DNA of 36,982 nucleotides from Bacteriovoracaceae bacterium (lineage in GTDB: Bacteria; Bdellovibrionota; Bacteriovoracia; Bacteriovoracales; Bacteriovoracaceae), in the NCBI GenBank assembly GCA_018649885.1, contig JABIHA010000112.1, positions 62,001 through 98,982 on the forward strand, given 5' to 3'. A program made the translations under genes and the position numbers. Shown here in pieces: positions 19,815 through 27,440 of the stretch (position 1 is its first letter; each line of letters starts with the position of its first letter). The notes beneath the pieces were generated by a model. That model was given only the letters and a program-made list of their open reading frames with translations, was not told where the DNA came from and searched no databases.

Positions 19815-21086
19815 ATGACTGAAATTATCTCAAATTTATTTCAAATGATGGGACTCGATTATGTGGCCAATATGGGCGATGTTGCAGGGCTGGGAATCTC
19901 CTTACTTCTGTTAATAGCTTCAATTGGCACTATTTTAATTCCTGCTCCTAAAAAAGAGTCGACCCAAAAAGAATTGCCTCCTGTAAAACTCGAAGAAAAA
20001 CTTAGTGAGAAAACGGAAGAAATAGCGGAAGTTGAACTCCCTAAAAAGCCTGGGCCGGCCACACCTGAGCCGGCCGCTCCTGAGCCCGCTCCAAAAGCTC
20101 CCAAAGTCAGTTGGCCATCAAGGCTTAAAAAGGGTCTTTCCAGGTCTCGTAGTGAGGTTTGGGGAAAACTAGAAAATATATTCTCTTCAAGTTCATTTGA
20201 TGAAGAAAAACTAGAAGAAATTGAGGAGCTTTTGTATTCAGCAGATATTGGCCCTGTCATGGTGGCCGAATTAGTTGAAGAGCTTACGGCCTTTATTGGT
20301 AAAGATGACTTCGATTTACAAAAATTAAAATCCTTTTTATTTAATTTTTTGAAATCAAAGATGAAGGAATTTCAAGGTGATGTAGATCCTGATCTATTTA
20401 ATTTTGATAGTTCAAAAAAAGGCCAAACAAAAGTGATCATGGTCGTTGGTGTCAACGGAGCCGGAAAAACTACAACCATTGGGAAACTGGCCACCAAACT
20501 AACTGGGCAGGGGGCCACCGTAATGGTTGGCGCTTGCGATACCTTTAGGGCAGCAGCTGTTGATCAGCTCCAAGTTTGGTGCGAGAGAGCAGGGGCCACA
20601 ATGATTCGAGCTAAAGAAGGAGCTGACCCAAGCGGAGTCGGTTATGAGACTTTGCAAAAAGCAATGAGCAGCGGCGCAGATTACTGTATTCTCGATACTG
20701 CCGGAAGACTTCATACAAAAGAAAATCTAATGGAAGAGCTGAAAAAAAGTAAGCGGGTTTTGGAAAAGCTGGATAGCACAAAACCAGATCACACACTTCT
20801 CGTAATCGATTCAATTACAGGGCAAAATGCTTTACGCCAAGCAGAGGAATTCCAAAAAGCACTGGGTCTTACTGGTTTGATTTTTACAAAGTGCGATGGT
20901 TCCTCAAAAGCAGGAAACGCCGTGGCAATAGTTCAAAAATTGAAAGTTCCTATTACCTATATCGGAGTTGGAGAAAGTGTTGAAGATCTCGATGCTTTTA
21001 ATCTGGAAGAATACCTTGGTGCTCTGCTGGATTTTTCATATAATTCCGAGACAGCCACCTTGCATCAAGAGTCTGTAAGGGTCTGA
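19815..21086 (+). CDS. ftsY: SRP receptor FtsY
   Basis: 'GVNGAGKTTT', 'DTFRAAA', 'DTAGR', 'TKCDG' and 'GVGE' motifs; ATG after AAGGGA. Confidence 0.96.
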   Translation: MTEIISNLFQMMGLDYVANMGDVAGLGISLLLLIASIGTILIPAPKKESTQKELPPVKLEEKLSEKTEEIAEVELPKKPGPATPEPAAPEPAPKAPKVSWPSRLKKGLSRSRSEVWGKLENIFSSSSFDEEKLEEIEELLYSADIGPVMVAELVEELTAFIGKDDFDLQKLKSFLFNFLKSKMKEFQGDVDPDLFNFDSSKKGQTKVIMVVGVNGAGKTTTIGKLATKLTGQGATVMVGACDTFRAAAVDQLQVWCERAGATMIRAKEGADPSGVGYETLQKAMSSGADYCILDTAGRLHTKENLMEELKKSKRVLEKLDSTKPDHTLLVIDSITGQNALRQAEEFQKALGLTGLIFTKCDGSSKAGNAVAIVQKLKVPITYIGVGESVEDLDAFNLEEYLGALLDFSYNSETATLHQESVRV

Positions 21087-21091
21087 ATCAG

Positions 21092-21120
21092 TTGACTGGA
21101 AACCTTACTTCGCTTACTGT
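21092..21120 (+). promoter_or_regulatory. Putative sigma70 promoter of zapA-ygfA-rny
   Basis: TTGACT-N17-TACTGT, ending 13 bp before the zapA ATG. Confidence 0.55.
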
Positions 21121-21133
21121 GGTAAGAGTAAAC

Positions 21134-21436
21134 ATGGAAGAAATAAAAGAAGTTATAAATTTTGAAATATTAGGCTATCAGGTCAAATTTAGACCTGAAG
21201 TGCAAGGCGTGGCTGATGCTATGCTGGCCGTGGAAAGAGTTAAAGAAACGGCTGAAGGTTTGCTTGATAAAAATGCTCAGTTAGCGGATACCCAAGCTAT
21301 ATTGCTTGCAGCTCTCAAACTAGCATTGGAAAATATATCTCTAGAAAGGGAATACCAAGTTAACTTGGAAAAATTCCAGTCAGCTGCCTCGGATGCATTG
21401 AAACTTATTGATGAAGTTTCACCAAGGCCACAGTAG
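21134..21436 (+). CDS. zapA: Cell division protein ZapA
   Basis: About 100 aa; 'FEILG...ILLAALKLA' followed by a coiled coil; synteny with ygfA and rny. Confidence 0.75.
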   Translation: MEEIKEVINFEILGYQVKFRPEVQGVADAMLAVERVKETAEGLLDKNAQLADTQAILLAALKLALENISLEREYQVNLEKFQSAASDALKLIDEVSPRPQ

Positions 21437-21482
21437 TCTTCAATTTTAAATTTAGCTCTGCTCCTTTTTATTATTCCAAACA

Positions 21483-22076
21483 TTGAGATGTGTGGTGAGT
21501 CTTAGTCAAAAGCAACTCGTACGCGATGAAATTAAAAAAGTTCTCTTTGAAATGGGAGAGCAAATTCGTCGTGACAAAAGTGAGAGGTTAGCGGCAATAC
21601 TCGTAAAATTCATGAAGGGCAAAATTAAAGCTCTCTCATGGGACTCGGTGGTTTTGGGCTGCTATTTTCCTTTTGATGGTGAACCTGATTGGACTGGAGT
21701 GCGCAGTGAGATGCCTCCCAAATTGTCCTTTTCTAGGATTGCTGATCAGGGAGAGATGAGCTTTCACTTGTGCGGTATAGAAAATTTGTGCAATGAGAAA
21801 TTCGGAAAAATTTCTTTAAAGGCACCCCCAGTTGAAAGCGTTTTAGTAGTGCCAGATGTTCTTCTTATTCCCGGTATGGCCTTTACATCAAAAGGCGACA
21901 GGCTTGGGAGAGGCGGAGGATATTATGATAGGTATTGTGAAAGTAAAAATATATTAAAAATAGCTTTGTGTTTTGAAGAGCAGATTCGCAGTGGGCTTCC
22001 AACCCTTGATCACGATATCAAGATGGATGCAATAATCACTGATGAGAGAATAATATCTTGCTCCTTTGAAACCTGA
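21483..22076 (+). CDS. ygfA: 5-formyltetrahydrofolate cyclo-ligase (start could be GTG 21492 or 21495)
   Basis: 'LIPGMAF...GDRLGRGGGYYDR' and 'HDIKMD' motifs. Confidence 0.92.
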   Translation: MRCVVSLSQKQLVRDEIKKVLFEMGEQIRRDKSERLAAILVKFMKGKIKALSWDSVVLGCYFPFDGEPDWTGVRSEMPPKLSFSRIADQGEMSFHLCGIENLCNEKFGKISLKAPPVESVLVVPDVLLIPGMAFTSKGDRLGRGGGYYDRYCESKNILKIALCFEEQIRSGLPTLDHDIKMDAIITDERIISCSFET

Positions 22077-22088
22077 AAGAGGTTTACC

Positions 22089-23648
22089 ATGGGTTTTGAA
22101 TCAATTGTAATAGCAGTTATTTCCCTTGTTGCTGGTGCCAGTGCTGTGGGAATAATTAGTATGAAAAAGGCCGCTGATAATCAAAAGCGGGATGAAGGTA
22201 AGGCCGAAGGAATAGTAGACGAGGCCAAAAGAGAAGCTGACAAAATTAGGAGAGGTGCTGAAAAGGAATCTCGAAATATTGTTAGAGAAGGCAAAGACCA
22301 AGCTGAAAAAGAAATTCGAGATAAGCAAAGAGCTGTCAGCGATCAAGAGAGAAATTTAGCTAAAAAAGAAATGGTGCTTGATCAAAAAATTGAAAACAAG
22401 GACCGAGAAGTTCAAAGAATTAAAGTTAAAGAAGAAGAAATGGAGGGAAAGAAAAGAAAGCTTGAGGATGAGACTGGAAAATACAGAAGTCTTCAAAGTC
22501 AGCTCAATGAAAAACTTTCTCATATAGCAGGCATGACTCAAGATGAAGCAAAAGAAGAGCTTAGAAAGGGTCTTGTTGAAGATGCCAAAGTAGATGCTGC
22601 TAAGGAAATTAGAAGAATTGAAGAAGAGGCAAAAGAAGATTCTGAGAAGAAAGCAAAAAGAGTTATTGGAATCGCCATCCAGCGCTTTGCTGGTGAATAC
22701 GTCGCTGAGAAAACTATTAGCTCTGTTGAGCTACCATCTGATGATATTAAAGGTCGATTGATTGGTCGTGAAGGCCGAAATATTCGAGCATTCGAGCAAA
22801 TCTGTGGTGTTGATTTAATTATTGATGATACTCCTGAGGTGGTCGTTATCTCCTCTTTCAATGTCGTAAGAAGAGAAATTGCCAAACAAACAATTCAAAA
22901 ACTCATTGCTGATGGAAGAATTCATCCAGCTAAAATTGATGAATTTCATGAAAAATCAAGAATTGAGTTTGAAGCACACCTAAGAGATTTAGGTGAGAAA
23001 GCACAAATGGAAATTGGGGTTCACGGGATTCACCCTGAGATTCTCAAGCTTATTGGAGCTCTTAATTACAGAACTTCTTATACTCAAAACCAATATCAAC
23101 ACGCACTAGAAGCTGCCTTCATTGGTGGTTCAATGGCTGCAGAACTTGGAATGAATGTTAAGCAAGCCAGAAGGGCAGGACTTCTTCACGATATCGGAAA
23201 AGTTTTGGATGCTTCAGCAGAAGCTAGTCACGCTGTTATTGGTGCAGACTTTGCAAAAAAATATGGAGAGTCTCCAGATATTATTCACGCCATTAGAGCA
23301 CACCATGATGATGAAAAGCCTGAATCAGTCTTAGCTCACATTGTAGCAGCATCTGATGCATTATCAGGTGCAAGACCAGGTGCTAGAAAAGCACTAATGG
23401 AGTCTTATGTTTCAAGACTGACTGACCTCGAAGATATTGTGAACAGCTTCGATGGTGTTAGTAAATCTTATGCAATTTCAGCTGGTAGAGAAGTTAGAGT
23501 TCTTGTTGAAAATGATAAGGTTGATGATGACCAAACTGTTATGTTGTCTAGAGATATTGCCAAGAAAATTGAAGAAGAAATGAGTTATCCGGGCACTATT
23601 AAAGTAACAGTTGTAAGAGAAACTAAGGCCATTGGAGTGGCGAAGTAA
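22089..23648 (+). CDS. rny: Ribonuclease Y
   Basis: N-terminal TM helix, coiled coil, KH domain 'KGRLIGREGRNIR', HD domain 'LLHDIGK'. Confidence 0.97.
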   Translation: MGFESIVIAVISLVAGASAVGIISMKKAADNQKRDEGKAEGIVDEAKREADKIRRGAEKESRNIVREGKDQAEKEIRDKQRAVSDQERNLAKKEMVLDQKIENKDREVQRIKVKEEEMEGKKRKLEDETGKYRSLQSQLNEKLSHIAGMTQDEAKEELRKGLVEDAKVDAAKEIRRIEEEAKEDSEKKAKRVIGIAIQRFAGEYVAEKTISSVELPSDDIKGRLIGREGRNIRAFEQICGVDLIIDDTPEVVVISSFNVVRREIAKQTIQKLIADGRIHPAKIDEFHEKSRIEFEAHLRDLGEKAQMEIGVHGIHPEILKLIGALNYRTSYTQNQYQHALEAAFIGGSMAAELGMNVKQARRAGLLHDIGKVLDASAEASHAVIGADFAKKYGESPDIIHAIRAHHDDEKPESVLAHIVAASDALSGARPGARKALMESYVSRLTDLEDIVNSFDGVSKSYAISAGREVRVLVENDKVDDDQTVMLSRDIAKKIEEEMSYPGTIKVTVVRETKAIGVAK

Positions 23649-23660
23649 TAGGGATTTCAC

Positions 23661-24398
23661 ATGGATGGTGGAAAAGAGGATTTCGTAAATTTAGAGGAAG
23701 TTAATATCTTTTCAGATAAAAAAAGCCTCAAATCAATGATCGAAAGACAGCAAAAACTTGTTGAAAGCACTCAGTCTCCCATTTTCCAAAAAGTGGATGC
23801 TTCAGTAGTTGAAGGCCAATCTATCGAGCTTGAAATGATGAGAAATCATCAGCTTCAAGTTTTAAAAGAAATGCTTAATGAGATACCTGCCAAGTTTTCT
23901 GAGTTCGAAGACAAAATGTGTGACATTGCCTCAAAAAGTGAAACGGCCCTAGGAGATATGAAAGAGCTCCAAAGGGAAGGAAATTTTAGAGAGCAAAGAT
24001 TTCACGCCTTTTTAAAGAAAAAAGATAATAAGTTTTTCACCATACTACTCGCTGGATTGATATTAACTGGGATCTCATTTGGATTAATTTGGGATTTCAT
24101 GCAAAGAAAGTCGGATCAAGCGAGGAGAACAAATCTTGAGCTTATGCAGAGGCTTCAGAGCACCAAAGTAAATGAGGCTGCAGCTAGAAAATTATTTGCA
24201 ACTACGAGCTTTGTTAACTTGAGGCTTGGTCCTAGCTTAACTGATGGTATTATTAAAACGCTAAACCCTAACTCTTTAGTTGAGCTTGTTGAGCAAAGAG
24301 GTGGATGGCTTAAGGTTGATGCCAAAAACTATGCAACAGGTGATTCTAAGATTGGCTGGGCATTTTTTGAAAATTTAAAACCCATTCAAAAAAACTAA
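23661..24398 (+). CDS. Coiled-coil + TM + SH3b-domain protein
   Basis: Single TM helix, then 'VNLRLGPS...GGWLKV...GWAF' SH3b pattern. Confidence 0.7.
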   Translation: MDGGKEDFVNLEEVNIFSDKKSLKSMIERQQKLVESTQSPIFQKVDASVVEGQSIELEMMRNHQLQVLKEMLNEIPAKFSEFEDKMCDIASKSETALGDMKELQREGNFREQRFHAFLKKKDNKFFTILLAGLILTGISFGLIWDFMQRKSDQARRTNLELMQRLQSTKVNEAAARKLFATTSFVNLRLGPSLTDGIIKTLNPNSLVELVEQRGGWLKVDAKNYATGDSKIGWAFFENLKPIQKN

Positions 24399-25054
24399 AT
24401 TTCAAATAACCCTTTATAAAGATCCAGCATTGCTCTTTCTAGGTAAGGAGCCGTAAGGCCTGGAAGGATATTTAATTCAGGTATCGAGTTAAAGATAAGA
24501 TAAACAAGATACTCGCCATCATCTTCTAAATATTTAACACTAATGAGCCCACTAAACTCAACTACTCCAACGGCCTTTCTTAAAACTCCAACTCCAGGAA
24601 TAGTGTGAGATTTGTTTATGAGTCCATTAAAATGAAAAACGCTAGATTCAGTGTCTTTAAGATTTTTTTTGTAATCGATAACCATTTTTATTTTTAGTTT
24701 CATTACAGGAAATGGAGCTTTGATTGTGAAGTCTACGTACTGAAGCTTTGAGCTGTCTTGATCTTTTAGTGAAAGTGATTTGTGAACACCGATATTAGGT
24801 TTGTCCCTTGTTATTTTTTTCCAATTACTAAAAGCAAAATAGGTATCGAGGATAACTTGCTCTGAGTCGTAATCATCTTCAGATAGAACTGAAAAGAGTT
24901 CAACTCTTGAGTATTTTTTTACGCCCTTTCTAACAACTTGTGACTTGGAACAATAGTTTTTTACGTTGAAGCAATTTTTTGGAACACTCACATCTAGAGC
25001 AAAGGCTGATGTCGATAAAATCAAAAAAATTACAGTGATAGTCGTCTTATTCAT
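24395..25054 (-). CDS. Hypothetical exported protein (possibly START/SRPBCC-like)
   Basis: Signal peptide; GGAGG RBS; weak 'Y...APFPV' resemblance only. Confidence 0.6.
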   Translation of the reverse strand: MNKTTITVIFLILSTSAFALDVSVPKNCFNVKNYCSKSQVVRKGVKKYSRVELFSVLSEDDYDSEQVILDTYFAFSNWKKITRDKPNIGVHKSLSLKDQDSSKLQYVDFTIKAPFPVMKLKIKMVIDYKKNLKDTESSVFHFNGLINKSHTIPGVGVLRKAVGVVEFSGLISVKYLEDDGEYLVYLIFNSIPELNILPGLTAPYLERAMLDLYKGLFEI

Positions 25055-25164
25055 GAGTTCCTCCGCAAAAACTTATTTCCACTTTATTAATAAAAATAAC
25101 GCCTCACTGTAAAGGATTTAGGGGGATCTTTTTTAATAAAGTGTTCGAAATGTTTGGAAATGTT

Positions 25165-27096
25165 TTAAATAAGGATAATTATCTCATCGTCGGGAGTGAA
25201 TTCGACCTCTTCCTTTCGCTCCGGGTTGAGAAAGAATTCGCGCGTGTTGCCGCCATTTTTCATGACTTTAATATAGCCAAGAAAAACATAATCAGATTGA
25301 TTCACAATTTGTTGGGCCAAGGCCACAGTCATTTTTTTATTTACTAGTCCGAACAGATTACAGTTTACGATAGAGATTTCATGTTCTGTAATGTCGAGCA
25401 GGTCTTCGTAGACTTCATTGATCTCTGGTGTCAGTGCTGCCTGAGAGAGCATGTGAGAGAGAATTAATGGAGGAATGAGAATCTCATCTTTGGAGTGAGG
25501 AAAGAGCTTTTCATTATCTTGATCCATAATTTCAGCAAGTATATCTGGCGGATGGGCCACACCTCGAAGGACATCTTTTAAAAGAAGATGGCCTAGAATA
25601 ATTCTTGCATCTGACTCAAGGTCTGAATCAAGCCAGTCATTACTAAGCATAATAATATCTGTAAAAGTTTCTGGTTTTACTGATGTTAGTTTTTTCACAG
25701 CAGTGTAGTCACCATCTATAAGTTGAAGATTGATTTTTTCATAATTAATTTCAAATTTTGATAATCTTCTTTTTCTATCATTGATATCTACCCGAGCTAA
25801 ATTAACAATGTCATAGGTCTCATTTTTATAATTACTAAAAAACTGAATGAGGTTAGCAGCGTGGTGATTCCAACCCAGAATGAGAATTTTTCTTTTTACA
25901 GCAGGAAGTTCAATGGGGGTATCTCTTATAGGTCTCAGATCAACGGTTTGTTCATTTACTTCAGGTTTAATATCATCCATGCCTCTTGCAATAAGCACAA
26001 TACTGTCATCATCCTCCAAAATGGTGTCAATGGGGGGATTGAGAAATGGAACATATTGGCTTCCAAGCTTTCGAAGGATTCCAATGACGATGGCCTTTGG
26101 AAAAGCATTTTGAATTTCGTAAAAATTTCTTCCCTCAAATTGAGGGTATTCCCTAACGTAAATTCCATTTCCAAAGTTTTGTCTTAGGAGTTCTGAATAA
26201 ATAAAGGCAAGACCTGTGTATCTTGCATTTTGGGCTATGATTCTGCTGATAAGGGAGTCACTTGAGATAATCTCAATATTTTTCCCATAAATACCCTGAG
26301 CAATAGAAGCTTTTTTCTTACTGAGCATTTCAACAACCATTGGAGGAATATCACCTTCATAGCCTTCGAGCTTTCCATAGTTGGCAATGGTCAGAAGTGT
26401 TTTAACATTCTTTGCATCGAGATCAGAGTTCGAGATATTTGTTCCAGGCATAATGACAACTGCTGCTTCTAAAAAATTCACTCTTCTCAAATCATCTAAA
26501 TCGAGACTATCCCCGCCCCTAATAATAATATCTCGACTATTCCACTTGCTACCAAGATCTTCTTTGAATTTGTAATAAACATCGCTATCAAGATCTTTAC
26601 AGAGAATAACAATTTTAATTTTCTTGAGATCAAGTCGGTTGAGAAATTTTTGGCGGTTTATATCTGATGTGAGTATTCCTTCAACAAGTGAGACGGTTCT
26701 ATTGGTTAATCCTAGAATTAAAATATGATCTTCAATGTAAAGAGGAGTCACTCCACTTTCAAGTTCTCGAAGCGCCTTGTACATCCACTGAGTCATTAGA
26801 GCGATCAGGGCACCCAGAAACAAAACATAGCTTAAAACTGAGAGAATTGTGGAAACCAATCTGAGAAGCGTTCCTTTGTCTTGGCCGAGATATCCTGGAT
26901 CTGTGAGCCTTAAAAAGGCCCACCACATTGCGGAGCTAAAACTTGTAAACTCTGAGCTAGCTGTAAAAACCACCAGGCCTGCGATAAATGAAACACCTGC
27001 GATAATGAGAGCAAAAATAAAGACCTGATAGGGAAGTCCTGAAAGGATGAACCTTTCGACCAAGTATTTGAGTCTGTTAAAAAATTGCTTTAGCAT
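25165..27096 (-). CDS. CASTOR/POLLUX-related ion channel with two RCK-like domains
   Basis: TM-pore-TM segment 'MWWAFLRLTDPGYLG'; RCK starts 'DHILILG' and 'KILILGWN'. Confidence 0.8.
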   Translation of the reverse strand: MLKQFFNRLKYLVERFILSGLPYQVFIFALIIAGVSFIAGLVVFTASSEFTSFSSAMWWAFLRLTDPGYLGQDKGTLLRLVSTILSVLSYVLFLGALIALMTQWMYKALRELESGVTPLYIEDHILILGLTNRTVSLVEGILTSDINRQKFLNRLDLKKIKIVILCKDLDSDVYYKFKEDLGSKWNSRDIIIRGGDSLDLDDLRRVNFLEAAVVIMPGTNISNSDLDAKNVKTLLTIANYGKLEGYEGDIPPMVVEMLSKKKASIAQGIYGKNIEIISSDSLISRIIAQNARYTGLAFIYSELLRQNFGNGIYVREYPQFEGRNFYEIQNAFPKAIVIGILRKLGSQYVPFLNPPIDTILEDDDSIVLIARGMDDIKPEVNEQTVDLRPIRDTPIELPAVKRKILILGWNHHAANLIQFFSNYKNETYDIVNLARVDINDRKRRLSKFEINYEKINLQLIDGDYTAVKKLTSVKPETFTDIIMLSNDWLDSDLESDARIILGHLLLKDVLRGVAHPPDILAEIMDQDNEKLFPHSKDEILIPPLILSHMLSQAALTPEINEVYEDLLDITEHEISIVNCNLFGLVNKKMTVALAQQIVNQSDYVFLGYIKVMKNGGNTREFFLNPERKEEVEFTPDDEIIILI

Positions 27097-27203
27097 ACTT
27101 ACTATTACGGAATATGGGCAAAATATATGAAATTACAGGGTATTTAGGCCAATTAAGAGAACAATTTTCCCCCAAAATAGTGAAGATGATCTTGCATTGT
27201 CCT

Positions 27204-27233
27204 TTGACTGAAAGACGTGCTGCATGGTAATTA
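27204..27233 (+). promoter_or_regulatory. Candidate sigma70 promoter for the hairpin/valS transcript
   Basis: TTGACT at 27204 and an imperfect TGGTAATTA -10 region; the predicted start falls just before the hairpin. Confidence 0.35.
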
Positions 27234-27241
27234 AGTTGGTT

Positions 27242-27408
27242 ATGCTCGCGTGATGAAGGTTTTCAAGTAAAGATTTGATTCAATTTGGCGGTAGATTCGC
27301 ATTCAAAACTCCTGAAGGCTTGCCTTTAGGTAAGTTGAGGGATTTTGAATGCGAAGATGCCGTCAAATTGGATCAAAGATTACTTGAAAACCTTCATCAT
27401 GCGAGTAT
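27242..27408 (+). ncRNA. Putative structured RNA or valS 5' leader: 167-nt rod hairpin
   Basis: Helices of 29, 20 and 13 bp plus an 8-bp apical stem; six G-U pairs, all on the + strand; two tandem G-A internal loops; G(CUUG)C loop. Confidence 0.6.
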
Positions 27409-27440
27409 CGTTTCCCTTTATTTATGGCAAAGAGATATCT

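Noticed and set aside
25080..25143. 11-bp inverted repeat CACTTTATTAA/TTAATAAAGTG
   Set aside because: AT-rich with a long spacer; cannot be distinguished from chance or an ordinary terminator.
27100..27440. T-box riboswitch upstream of valS
   Set aside because: No GGTGGNACC T-box sequence or stem I motifs are visible.
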